The notes under the pieces: model-generated
Databases searched by the model: none
What the model saw: the letters and a program-made list of their open reading frames with translations, nothing else
What the model was told of the DNA's origin: nothing
In this document: positions 38,431-47,968 of the stretch, in pieces
Position numbering within the stretch: the stretch's first letter is position 1
Layout: each line of letters begins with the position of its first letter
Translations under genes and position numbers: made by a program
Assembly (NCBI GenBank): GCA_965249555.1
Contig: OZ252243.1
Location: 864,001 to 928,000 of the forward strand
Direction: 5' to 3'
Origin: Nitrosopumilus sp.
GTDB taxonomy: Archaea > Thermoproteota > Nitrososphaeria > Nitrososphaerales > Nitrosopumilaceae
DNA: 64,000 bases

Positions 38431-38489
38431 GGCAGGCTCAGAACTCAAGATCCTCATCATCATTCAAAGGGATAGGTTCATCACTGCCC
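38431..38489 (-). ncRNA. Box C/D methylation-guide sRNA
   Basis: Minus strand reads GGGCA-GUGAUGA(C)-ACCUAUCCCU-UUGA(D')-AUG-AUGAUGA(C')-GGAUCUUGAGUU-CUGA(D)-GCCUGCC, with complementary termini. Confidence 0.85.
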
Positions 38490-38566
38490 GCAAGTCATAT
38501 TTCAGGCAGATTCCTATTGAGTCTTTCAATAAGCTTGATAAATGGCTAATAGATCATTCATTCAAA

Positions 38567-38983
38567 ATGGTTACAATTGATACTCCAGCTTCAGTGGAAA
38601 GTTTTCGAAGATTTATCTTTTCAAGTACATGCAAATCTTATGCACCAAGAAGTTATTTGGAGGATTTTGAAGTATTTCCAGAAAGGGAAGATAATTTGGG
38701 ATCAGTTTACGTAGAAGCAGCTGATAAAGTAACTTTGAAAAAAATTAGAGACATTACATTTGTAAACGCAAGAGATATTCTTGGAATAATTTATAATTCA
38801 AAAAGTGGCAATACATCACTAAAATGGCGTCAGTTGCGAAGAAACAATGGTAAAGTAACAGGGGAAGCTTCTGCAAACTCTCTGACAAATCTATCAGAAT
38901 CAGGCGTTCTCACTTTAGATTGGGTTGAAAACTATCTGAAGAAAAAATCTGAAGAAACAAAGGCCAACGAAGTTACAAGCTAA
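38567..38983 (+). CDS. Hypothetical protein
   Basis: 138-aa ORF with core-like composition directly upstream of pelota; no recognised motif. Confidence 0.7.
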   Translation: MVTIDTPASVESFRRFIFSSTCKSYAPRSYLEDFEVFPEREDNLGSVYVEAADKVTLKKIRDITFVNARDILGIIYNSKSGNTSLKWRQLRRNNGKVTGEASANSLTNLSESGVLTLDWVENYLKKKSEETKANEVTS

Positions 38984-39015
38984 ACTCTTTTCTTTTTGTA
39001 TATTAGAATAATATC

Positions 39016-40065
39016 ATGATTACAAAGATAATTGATGAGAATTCAATTTCTGTCAAGCCAGAAGATTCTGATGATCTTTTGAATTTACGTCGTATAATTA
39101 AAGAAGATGACAAAATAATTGGAGATACAACTAGAGTTTTAAAACAAGACAAGGATTATTCAAGACCTGACAAAGGAGAGAGGATCAAAGTCAGAATTGC
39201 ATTAATGGTGGAAAAAATTTCACTTGATGATGTCTTGGATAGATTAAGAATTGGTGGAACAATTTCTGAATCAAGTAACGAATCAGTACCACACGGCTCA
39301 CATCATTCATTTATTTTAAAAATTAATGATGGAATAACAATTTCAAAGAAAAAATGGTTACCAGTTGAAAAGAATCTTCTAGAATCAAGTAATAATCAGG
39401 TAGGTTTTGTACTTGTTGCAATTGATACTGGTGATTGTGGAATTGCAAAACTAAGAGGAACACATTTAGAGTTTATTCCAAATATCTATTCTGGTTCTAG
39501 TGGAAAAAGATACAAAACTAATTTTAATATTGAAAAATTCTTTGAGCAAGTACAACTAGCAATGTCAACTGTACTCAAGGAAGGAGATTCGATAGTAATT
39601 TTTGGTCCTGGTGAAACAAAAAAAAGATTTTCTAATTTCATTCAAAAATTGCAAAACACACAAAAATACAAAGTTCAAGTTGTTGACGGAGTTGATTCAG
39701 GTGGAGAAGATGGGATTTACATATTTACAAAATCTCAATCAATGAAGGAGATAATGTCAGATAGTAAGCTGGCCAAGGCATCATCAATTATTGATGAGGT
39801 AATGCTTCTTGCAAACAAGAAGAGTAGAAAATTCACTATGGGTTTTGATGAAACATTTAGTGCAAATCAAATAGGAGCAGTTGAATCTCTTGTATTTTCA
39901 GACAAAGCAATTCAAGATAATGAACAAAAAATGATAGATTTTCTAAATGATGTTGAAAGCAAAGGAGTAGAAATTTACAGCGTTGATTCATCCACAGATA
40001 TTGGTCTAAGAGTTACAGGTTTGGGTGGAATAATTTCTTTATTACGATATGCAGTAGAATCTTAG
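39016..40065 (+). CDS. pelA: Pelota/Dom34 ribosome-rescue factor
   Basis: PEDSDDL, TTR, LRIGG, GSHHS, GPG..K and LGGIISLLRY; eRF1-like layout. Confidence 0.92.
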   Translation: MITKIIDENSISVKPEDSDDLLNLRRIIKEDDKIIGDTTRVLKQDKDYSRPDKGERIKVRIALMVEKISLDDVLDRLRIGGTISESSNESVPHGSHHSFILKINDGITISKKKWLPVEKNLLESSNNQVGFVLVAIDTGDCGIAKLRGTHLEFIPNIYSGSSGKRYKTNFNIEKFFEQVQLAMSTVLKEGDSIVIFGPGETKKRFSNFIQKLQNTQKYKVQVVDGVDSGGEDGIYIFTKSQSMKEIMSDSKLAKASSIIDEVMLLANKKSRKFTMGFDETFSANQIGAVESLVFSDKAIQDNEQKMIDFLNDVESKGVEIYSVDSSTDIGLRVTGLGGIISLLRYAVES

Positions 40066-40373
40066 TTTGTAGATTCTATTAGCCAATTTAGATATGATTT
40101 GTTAATCGAAGTGATGTCAACTTCTGCTATTTCAGGAACATCATATGGATGAGTTTCTTTAATTTTCTTTTTTAGCAATTTCTTGTTTTTTGTTGTAGTT
40201 TTGAATATTGCAAGATATTCAGATACATTTTCCACTTTTCCATTCCAAGAGTAAATTGAAGAAATTTTTGAGATATTGACACATGCAACTGTCTTATTTT
40301 TTACAAACTCATTTGCAATTTTTGTAATTGATTTTTTGTTAGGATAAGTTGAGATAATTATTACTGGTTTCAT
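40062..40373 (-). CDS. cutA: Divalent-cation tolerance protein CutA
   Basis: ACVN, SIYSWNG, FKT and HPYDVPEI motifs. Confidence 0.95.
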   Translation of the reverse strand: MKPVIIISTYPNKKSITKIANEFVKNKTVACVNISKISSIYSWNGKVENVSEYLAIFKTTTKNKKLLKKKIKETHPYDVPEIAEVDITSINKSYLNWLIESTN

Positions 40374-40416
40374 AGTAACCGATAAATGTACGTACTTTAA
40401 AAAATTAACAATTAAT

Positions 40417-41613
40417 TTGGAACTTGATTTTATTACTCAGAATCCGATAATCTATGTGTTAATTGCTTGGGTTGTCATTGTTGCAGTTGCAAAAGGCCTG
40501 AAATTGGAAAAATATGGCTTTGAGATAAAGGCATACAGCCTCGTATACAAAAACAAACAAGTTAACTCAATTTTAATTAAAATTCTAAGTAGAACAAAGA
40601 GAGGAATCAGGGTTTTTGCGGATATAAGCGTAATTGCAGGTTTTCTAATGATGGGTTTTGCATTTTGGTTTTTGGGAAATAATGTATTAAACTATTTTGT
40701 TGCACAAGATGATTTTGCAGAATTAACAGTACTTATTCCAGGAGTTACATTGACATCAGCACCTGCAATTACATACTTTTTGCTATCGATTCCAATTGTA
40801 TTAGTTATTCATGAAGGCGCACATGGAATAGTAGCTGCTCTAGAAAAAATAAGGATCAAGACAGGAGGCTTTGCAATATTCATCGCATTGTTTGCAGGAT
40901 TTGTAGAACCAGATGAGGAAGAATTCGACAAGGCAAAAAAGATTTCAAAATTAAGAGTGATTGGAGCAGGAGCTACATCTAATGTACTTTTTGCATTTGT
41001 ATTAGGTGTCATTTTATTAACAAACCCATTTTTTGCAATTGTATTACCTGAACCACTTCTAAGTGTATTTTATGAATTACCTGAAGGAGTTTTAGTTCTT
41101 TCAATCATAGAAAATTCTGGAGCTGAAAAAGCAGGAATGCAAGCAAATGACATCATTACTTCAATTAATGGAATACCGATTTTTAGTCCAGTTGATTTTC
41201 CCAGCTTAAATCCTGGGGAAACTGCAAGTGTCACTGTACTTAGAGATAGTCAAACATTAGAATTTGGTGTAGACATTATGCCAGCACCTGAAGATTCTGA
41301 AAGAGGATTGATAGGCATCATGAGAGATAACTCATTTGCATACAAACCTGTAATGAATTTCATTGAATGGAATGATCCAAACGTTTCAATGTTCTTGTTA
41401 TGGCTCTGGATGATTTCATTTTTTATAGGAATAATCAATATGCTTCCTTTACCAATATTAGATGGAGGAAAATTCGTTCATACAATTATTGATAAAAGAA
41501 TTTCAGATAATGCAGTAAATGGCGTTATGTGGGGAATTTACGCATTTACCTTTGTATTGTTTGGTCTAAACATTGCTTTATCATACATGAAATCTGGATG
41601 GTTTACAATATAG
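40417..41613 (+). CDS. Site-2 protease (peptidase M50) with PDZ domain
   Basis: HEGAH, AGFVEP, GAG, PDZ-like AEKAG..ANDII and NMLPLPILDGG. Confidence 0.93.
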   Translation: MELDFITQNPIIYVLIAWVVIVAVAKGLKLEKYGFEIKAYSLVYKNKQVNSILIKILSRTKRGIRVFADISVIAGFLMMGFAFWFLGNNVLNYFVAQDDFAELTVLIPGVTLTSAPAITYFLLSIPIVLVIHEGAHGIVAALEKIRIKTGGFAIFIALFAGFVEPDEEEFDKAKKISKLRVIGAGATSNVLFAFVLGVILLTNPFFAIVLPEPLLSVFYELPEGVLVLSIIENSGAEKAGMQANDIITSINGIPIFSPVDFPSLNPGETASVTVLRDSQTLEFGVDIMPAPEDSERGLIGIMRDNSFAYKPVMNFIEWNDPNVSMFLLWLWMISFFIGIINMLPLPILDGGKFVHTIIDKRISDNAVNGVMWGIYAFTFVLFGLNIALSYMKSGWFTI

Positions 41614-41656
41614 AAAATACCTAAAGAATCATTAATGAAAAAAAGTACATGAATTT

Positions 41657-42571
41657 ATGAAATGTGATAGATGCGAAAACCAGGCAGTCTATACTAGAAA
41701 ATATTCAGGGCAGAAACTATGCTCACAATGCTTCTCAAATTCCATCGTAAGAAAAACTGCTAAAACTATTTCAAAATACAATATGATTCAAAACGATGAA
41801 TTAGTAGCTGTTGCAGTCTCTGGTGGAAAAGATTCCCTGGCATTACTAAAAATCATTCATGAAATGGCACTAACCCATAATTTTAGAATTAAGGCAATTA
41901 CAATTGATGAGGGGATTCCAGGGTATAGAGATGAGGCACTAGAAATCGTTGAAAAATTTTGCAGCAAATTAAACGTAGAACACAAAGTTTACTCTTACAA
42001 AGATCTGTTTGAGCTGACACTTGATGAAGCATTAGAATTAAGAGAAAGTAAAAAAACTTCTTCATGTTCAATTTGTGGAACCCTTCGAAGACGTGCAATG
42101 GATTTTGCAGCAAAAGATATTGGAGCAAATGTAATTGCAACAGGTCATAATCTAGATGACACATTACAAACATTTGTCATAAACATGCTTTCAGGTGATA
42201 CAAATAAAATTGGATGGATGGATCCTGATACATCTACAAATTCTTTAAGAAAAATAAAACCATTTTGCGAGATCTATGAATCTGAAATAGTTTTTTATGC
42301 ATTTACAAACGATATACCATTTCAATCAGAGCCTTGTCCACACATGAGTGAAGGAATAAGAACCGAAATTCGTGAATTTCTAAATTCATTGGAAAGCCAG
42401 CATAGTGGAATTAAGAATAATTTGTATCAATCAGTTCTCAAAGTATCTCAAATTGTAAAGAATTCTAATTATAAAGAAAAAACAATTTGTGAAAAGTGTG
42501 GTAATGAATGTACAGGCAACATATGCTCAGTTTGTAACATGGTTTTAAAACTAAAAGCGAACCAAACCTAA
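41657..42571 (+). CDS. tRNA 2-thiolation PP-loop ATPase (TtuA/Ncs6, TIGR00269 family)
   Basis: Terminal Zn fingers, SGGKDS, CSICG..RR, TGHNLDD and CP motifs. Confidence 0.92.
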   Translation: MKCDRCENQAVYTRKYSGQKLCSQCFSNSIVRKTAKTISKYNMIQNDELVAVAVSGGKDSLALLKIIHEMALTHNFRIKAITIDEGIPGYRDEALEIVEKFCSKLNVEHKVYSYKDLFELTLDEALELRESKKTSSCSICGTLRRRAMDFAAKDIGANVIATGHNLDDTLQTFVINMLSGDTNKIGWMDPDTSTNSLRKIKPFCEIYESEIVFYAFTNDIPFQSEPCPHMSEGIRTEIREFLNSLESQHSGIKNNLYQSVLKVSQIVKNSNYKEKTICEKCGNECTGNICSVCNMVLKLKANQT

Positions 42572-42603
42572 TGCAAATATAACATACTTTCTTTAGGAAA
42601 AAC

Positions 42604-42919
42604 GGTAGTAGGTAAGATCAGGGTGCCAGCCGTGCCCTATTCTGAAACCGGCTATATGCAGAGATCAGTAACTGTTGGGTAAATCTCTAGATGAGTAATT
42701 CCCGCTTGGTGTGCGGAAATGAAATCACGCCGAGGCGGATGGTTGCAGGACTAGAATTATCCGAAGGGATAACTTCTAAGACCGAGCCATTGAAAGGGAT
42801 GAGGTCCGGGAGGGAGCAATCCTAAGGTGGGACATCCATGCTTCCTCGTCAACGTGGCGGATCTTGTATGCCTTGAAATGGGGCTATTCGTCTAGACTGG
42901 AGCCAACAGATCTACTACC
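42604..42919 (+). ncRNA. ffs: Archaeal SRP (7S) RNA
   Basis: GC-rich 316-nt intergenic segment with paired ends ggtagtagg/tctactacc, a helix-6-like ttatccgaagggataa hairpin and the helix-8 motif gaggtccgggagggagcaa. Confidence 0.9.
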
Positions 42920-42948
42920 TTTATAATTAAAATCAGATTTGCAAAATC

Positions 42949-43281
42949 ATGGAGGGAATAATCTCATTTGGCAATAAGAGAAGTTATGATGACTTTAAGA
43001 AACAAATTCCAAGTTCAGTATTGCCTCTTTTTGATTCAATTAGAGAATTTTGCTTCTCTTTGGGAGAAAATGTAGTTGAAGATATTAGAATGCACAGAGT
43101 GGTTTTTTGTAAATCAATGACATTTAGATGGTTTGTAGATGTAGAACCTCAAAGAGAAGGAGTCATCATTAAAATTCAGAAAAACAGAAAAGAACCTGTA
43201 CAAACTATTCAGATTAAAAAAGACCAGAAGATTTCAGAATTTAGTCAAATGCTCAAAGTTGCATTTGAAGAGATTCATTAA
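42949..43281 (+). CDS. Hypothetical protein (possibly DUF5655-like fold)
   Basis: 110-aa ORF; LFDSIREF..SLGENV pattern and a terminal LKVAFE. Confidence 0.65.
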   Translation: MEGIISFGNKRSYDDFKKQIPSSVLPLFDSIREFCFSLGENVVEDIRMHRVVFCKSMTFRWFVDVEPQREGVIIKIQKNRKEPVQTIQIKKDQKISEFSQMLKVAFEEIH

Positions 43282-43556
43282 TACAAAACATCAAATTTTG
43301 AAAACTCGCCAGAAAATTTCTCATTACGTATCTCTACATCTTCAACTCTGGCATTAGCAGGTCCTCCATGAGACCATTCAACTAGTCTACTAACTTTTTC
43401 TTCATCTCCTTCTAAAACAGCCTCAACACGACCATTTTTGAGATTTTTTACCCATCCAAAAACATTATTTTTCTTTGCCATCACTTTTAGTGCTTGGCGA
43501 AAAAATACACCTTGTACTTTACCAGTTATAATAATTCTAATTCGTTGATTCGACAT
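43278..43556 (-). CDS. acyP: Acylphosphatase
   Basis: GKVQGVFFR, GWVKN..GRVE and GPANARV motifs. Confidence 0.96.
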   Translation of the reverse strand: MSNQRIRIIITGKVQGVFFRQALKVMAKKNNVFGWVKNLKNGRVEAVLEGDEEKVSRLVEWSHGGPANARVEDVEIRNEKFSGEFSKFDVLY

Positions 43557-43606
43557 TCAAATTGTATTTCAGTGAGCTATTAATCAATTTTAGGTTAAAA
43601 GAAAAA

Positions 43607-44341
43607 CTATCTTCTTTCTTTAATTCTAGCTCTACCAGTCTTTCTGGCAGCAATACTACCTACCTTTGCACCAGGAGGTGCATTTCTTGAAACAGTTGAA
43701 CTTTGTCCAACGTGCTGATGACGACCACCACCGTGTGGATGAACATAAGCAGCTTGAGCAACACCTCTAACAATTGGGAATTTCTTTCCTTTTGCTCTGA
43801 AATTTCTCCATTTATTACCTGCACTCATAAATGGTCTTTCACCAGATCCTCCTCCAGCAAGAGTACCAATCATGGCTCTGTTTTTTGGATTAAGAGTAGT
43901 AAATTTTCCAGAAGGAAGTTTAACTGTAACACCTTCATCACCATGAGAGAAAATAGTTGCATCAGTGCCTGCGGATTTTACTATAGCACCACCATCTCCA
44001 AAGTGCTTTTCAATGTTACATACAATTGTTCCATCAGGAATGTTTTGAACACTAATGACATTTCCTTTTTCAATTTTTGATTTTAATCCAAATTGTAAAG
44101 TTGTACCCACTTTGGTTCCTAGTACTGCAGGAACAAATGAAACAGAACCATCCTCAAATCGGATTTTAGCTAAAGGTGCCTCTCGCCCACGTTCATGAAC
44201 CAGATCGATAATTTCACCGTCATGTTGCTCTGATAGTGAAAAACGAGGATAATTTGCCTTGGAGCCTACTTTTCCAGTAGATGTAGATCTAAATTGATGT
44301 CCTCCACGGCCACGTCTTCTAACTAATGGTCTCTTACCCAA
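43607..44341 (-). CDS. rpl2: 50S ribosomal protein uL2
   Basis: MGKR...RRGRG, GREAPLA, VRGVA...HPHGGG and PPGAKVG.IAARKTG motifs. Confidence 0.97.
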   Translation of the reverse strand: MGKRPLVRRRGRGGHQFRSTSTGKVGSKANYPRFSLSEQHDGEIIDLVHERGREAPLAKIRFEDGSVSFVPAVLGTKVGTTLQFGLKSKIEKGNVISVQNIPDGTIVCNIEKHFGDGGAIVKSAGTDATIFSHGDEGVTVKLPSGKFTTLNPKNRAMIGTLAGGGSGERPFMSAGNKWRNFRAKGKKFPIVRGVAQAAYVHPHGGGRHQHVGQSSTVSRNAPPGAKVGSIAARKTGRARIKERR

Positions 44342-44446
44342 GCTGATCGTTTCCTATGCACAGATGATTTTAAGCTTGTGATTTTTTCAGTGTTATTTAA
44401 GAAAATTACCACAAAGGTATAAGAATTAGACATGAGGCTTTTCTTT

Positions 44447-46633
44447 ATGAGTCAAAATGCTCTTTCACTCAAAGTACTTGAGGCATATACAAGAGATGTT
44501 GGAAGAGGAGTAGCAAGAATCGATTATGATTCTATGGATACACTAAATGCCTCTACTGGTGATGTCATAGAAATTAAAGGTAAAAGAAGGACAGTTGCAA
44601 AATGCCTTCCATTATATCCATCTGATGAAGGAAAAGGAATAATCAGAATTGATGGACTTGGTAGAAATAATTCAGGAATTGCTATTGGAGATACAATTTC
44701 TGTTAGAAAGATAAAGGCAGTAGCTGCAGAAAAAATAGTAGTTGCTCCACTAGAAGCAATTCCTCCAATTGATGAAAGATATCTTGCAGATGCTTTAGAG
44801 AGCGTTCCTTTGATTAAAGGAGACAATGTAATGGTTCCATATTTTGGCGGACGTTTAACTTTTCAAGTTATAGGAGTAACACCAGCAGCTGATGCAGTTT
44901 TAGTTACTCAAAAAACTGTTTTCCATATTGCAGAAAAAGGAGAGACTCTACGTGGAGTTCCACAAGTCACCTATGAAGACATTGGTGGTTTAACTGATGA
45001 GATTAAAAAAGTTAGAGAAATGATTGAGCTTCCGTTAAGACATCCAGAAATTTTTGAAAAGTTAGGAATTGAAGCACCAAAGGGTGTCTTATTGTATGGT
45101 CCACCTGGAACAGGAAAAACTTTACTTGCAAAAGCAGTTGCAAATGAAAGTAATGCTCACTTTATCAGTATTTCAGGTCCAGAAATTATGAGTAAGTTTT
45201 ACGGAGAAAGTGAAGCAAGACTAAGAGAAATTTTCAAAGAAGCAAGAGAAAAATCTCCATCAATAATCTTTGTTGATGAAATTGATTCCATTGCACCAAA
45301 AAGAGAAGAAGTTACAGGTGAAGTTGAACGAAGAGTTGTTTCTCAAATGTTATCATTAATGGATGGATTAGAGGCAAGAGGTAAAGTAATTGTTATTTCT
45401 GCAACAAATAGACCAAATGCAATTGATCCTGCACTTAGAAGACCAGGTAGATTTGATAGAGAAATTGAGATTAAAGTTCCAGACAAAAAAGGAAGAAAGG
45501 ACATACTTTCTATTCACAGCAGAAATATGCCATTAACAGATGATGTCAATATAGATAAACTCGCATCAGTAAGCCACGGATATGTTGGTGCAGATTTAGA
45601 ATATCTCTGTAAAGAAGCTGCAATGAAATGTTTGAGAAGACTATTACCTATTCTTGATTTACAAGAAGAGAAACTTCCTCCAGAAACATTAGACAAACTA
45701 GTTGTAAATCAGGAGGACTTTTCAAAAGCATTGATTGAAGTAATACCATCTGGAATGAGAGAAGTTTTCATTGAGAATCCAGACGTAAAGTGGACAGATG
45801 TTGGAGGTTTAGAGGAAGTCAAACGAGAGCTACAAGAAGCTGTTGAATGGCCAATGAAATATCCAGGTCTTTATGATAAATTAGGACATAAAATGCCAAG
45901 AGGTATCTTACTTCATGGACCAAGTGGTACAGGAAAAACTTTACTTGCAAAAGCAGTTGCTACAGAAAGTGAAGCAAACTTTGTTTCAGTGAGAGGTCCT
46001 GAACTTTTATCAAAATGGGTAGGTGAATCTGAAAGAGGTATAAGAGAAATTTTCAAAAGAGCACGTCAGTCTGCACCATGTGTAATATTCTTTGATGAAA
46101 TTGATTCAATAGCACCAATCAGAGGAGCAGGAGGAGAAACTGCAGTAAGTGAAAGAGTTGTTAGTCAATTACTTACAGAATTAGATGGAATGGAAAATAT
46201 GCACGGTGTTATAGTTTTAGCTGCAACAAACAGAGCAGACATGATTGATCCTGCATTGTTAAGACCAGGTAGATTTGATAAGATTATTCAAATTCCACTA
46301 CCAGATAAAGCAAGCAGAAAGAGTATCTTGAAAATTAGTGCTGCAGAAATACCAATGATTACTGAGGGAAATAATTCTCAAATCGTTGATTTTGAGAAAC
46401 TTGCTGATCTAACTGATGGACTTAGTGGTGCAGATACAGCAGCAATTGCAAATACTGCAGTTTCTTTAGTCATTCATGAGTTCCTAGATAAGCATCCAGA
46501 TGTCAAAGATATTGAGAAACAAAGTATTGATGCTAAAGTAACTATGGAACACTTTGAAAAATCAGTCAAGAAAGTCAGAGAACAAAAAGACCTAAAGTTG
46601 GGCGAAAAACTAGTAGCTTCCTATTACAGGTAG
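44447..46633 (+). CDS. cdc48: CDC48/VCP AAA+ ATPase
   Basis: N-domain [10 protein letters not shown] and two AAA modules ([26 protein letters not shown]); start placed at the second ATG. Confidence 0.96.
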   Translation: MSQNALSLKVLEAYTRDVGRGVARIDYDSMDTLNASTGDVIEIKGKRRTVAKCLPLYPSDEGKGIIRIDGLGRNNSGIAIGDTISVRKIKAVAAEKIVVAPLEAIPPIDERYLADALESVPLIKGDNVMVPYFGGRLTFQVIGVTPAADAVLVTQKTVFHIAEKGETLRGVPQVTYEDIGGLTDEIKKVREMIELPLRHPEIFEKLGIEAPKGVLLYGPPGTGKTLLAKAVANESNAHFISISGPEIMSKFYGESEARLREIFKEAREKSPSIIFVDEIDSIAPKREEVTGEVERRVVSQMLSLMDGLEARGKVIVISATNRPNAIDPALRRPGRFDREIEIKVPDKKGRKDILSIHSRNMPLTDDVNIDKLASVSHGYVGADLEYLCKEAAMKCLRRLLPILDLQEEKLPPETLDKLVVNQEDFSKALIEVIPSGMREVFIENPDVKWTDVGGLEEVKRELQEAVEWPMKYPGLYDKLGHKMPRGILLHGPSGTGKTLLAKAVATESEANFVSVRGPELLSKWVGESERGIREIFKRARQSAPCVIFFDEIDSIAPIRGAGGETAVSERVVSQLLTELDGMENMHGVIVLAATNRADMIDPALLRPGRFDKIIQIPLPDKASRKSILKISAAEIPMITEGNNSQIVDFEKLADLTDGLSGADTAAIANTAVSLVIHEFLDKHPDVKDIEKQSIDAKVTMEHFEKSVKKVREQKDLKLGEKLVASYYR

Positions 46634-46665
46634 TTTTAATAAAATAACAAATCTAATTCTCGTAA

Positions 46666-47955
46666 ATGTCAGAACATAGAGGATATGAGGGGGATTCATT
46701 AGAATTCCTAAAGACAAATCAGGTTTCAGTTGGAGATTCTGTTAAGATATTGGCAGATATCACTTATTCAGGCATAATAATGCCAAGATATGAACACAGT
46801 GACGATAAACATATTGTTTTGAAATTAAGAAGTGGTTACAATATTGGTTTAGAAACTGAAAAAATTGAGAAAATTGAGAAAATCAAATCTGCTGAAATAA
46901 TTGTTCAGCAAGATGAAAAACTAGAAAAAGTTGCAGGATTGCCAAAAATTCTGTTATTGTCAACCGGAGGAACAATTGCAAGCAAAATTGATTATAGAAC
47001 AGGAGCAGTTACACCTGTATTAACAGCTGAGGAATTGAATTCGTCTGTTCCAGAACTTGCTAAAATTGCAAATATAGATGCAGAAGCTCTATTGTCAGAA
47101 TATTCTGAAAATATAATGCCAGAGCATTGGTTACAAATAGCTGAAAAAATTAATGAGTATTCTAAATCAGATTATTCAGGAATCATTATTGCCCATGGTA
47201 CAGATACTATGCATTATACATCATCTTTTCTTTCATTTGCACTTGCAGGATTTCCAATTCCAATTGTATTGGTTGGATCTCAAAGATCATCAGATCGTGC
47301 TTCATCAGATGCAGCATTAAATTTGATTGGAGCAACAAAATTTATTACAGAAAGTAATACTAAAGGAGTTTACATTGTTATGCATCAAGATGAAAATGAT
47401 GACACTTTAGCATGTCATGCTGGAACAAGAGTAAGAAAAAATCATACAAGTAAAAGAGGAGCATTCCAAACAATTGGAGATAATCCTGCATTTATTATTG
47501 CAGAGAATCAAATCCAAAAAAATATTTCTGAAGATTTTTTCAAAATTAGTGAATTTCAACCAAGAATTAAACTAGACACACGTGTTGCTTTAGTAAAATA
47601 TTATCCTGGATACAATCCTAAGTTATTAGATCAAATTATTGAGATGGGGTATAAAGGAATAATTTTTGAAGGAACTGGATTAGGTCATATTGGAAATACA
47701 ATGTATGAAAGTGTAAAAAAAGCAAATGAAAAAGGAATCTTTCTAGGTATGACTTCTCAATGTATTGATGGTAGAATTAGAATGACAGTGTATGAAAGTG
47801 GACGAGATTTGCTTGATTTAGGCATAATTCCGTTAGAAAATATGATTCCAGAAGTAGCACTAGTAAAAGCAATGTGGGCAATGGGAAATGTTCAGAATGG
47901 GGAAGAAATGAAGAAAATTATGCTTAAAAATATTGCATCAGAAGTATCAAGTTAG
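46666..47955 (+). CDS. gatD: Glu-tRNA(Gln) amidotransferase subunit D
   Basis: KLRSGYNIG, TGGTIAS, HGTDT and GSQRSSDR motifs; adjacent to gatE. Confidence 0.96.
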   Translation: MSEHRGYEGDSLEFLKTNQVSVGDSVKILADITYSGIIMPRYEHSDDKHIVLKLRSGYNIGLETEKIEKIEKIKSAEIIVQQDEKLEKVAGLPKILLLSTGGTIASKIDYRTGAVTPVLTAEELNSSVPELAKIANIDAEALLSEYSENIMPEHWLQIAEKINEYSKSDYSGIIIAHGTDTMHYTSSFLSFALAGFPIPIVLVGSQRSSDRASSDAALNLIGATKFITESNTKGVYIVMHQDENDDTLACHAGTRVRKNHTSKRGAFQTIGDNPAFIIAENQIQKNISEDFFKISEFQPRIKLDTRVALVKYYPGYNPKLLDQIIEMGYKGIIFEGTGLGHIGNTMYESVKKANEKGIFLGMTSQCIDGRIRMTVYESGRDLLDLGIIPLENMIPEVALVKAMWAMGNVQNGEEMKKIMLKNIASEVSS

Positions 47956-47968
47956 ATAGGAGAATGAA

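Noticed and set aside
38232-38549. 105-aa plus-strand ORF
   Set aside because: Antisense to yjbQ and to the C/D sRNA.
42604-42919. RNase P RNA or a novel ncRNA
   Set aside because: No RNase P P4 signature (GAGGAAAGUCC) seen; it has the SRP helix-8 motif and typical 7S length.
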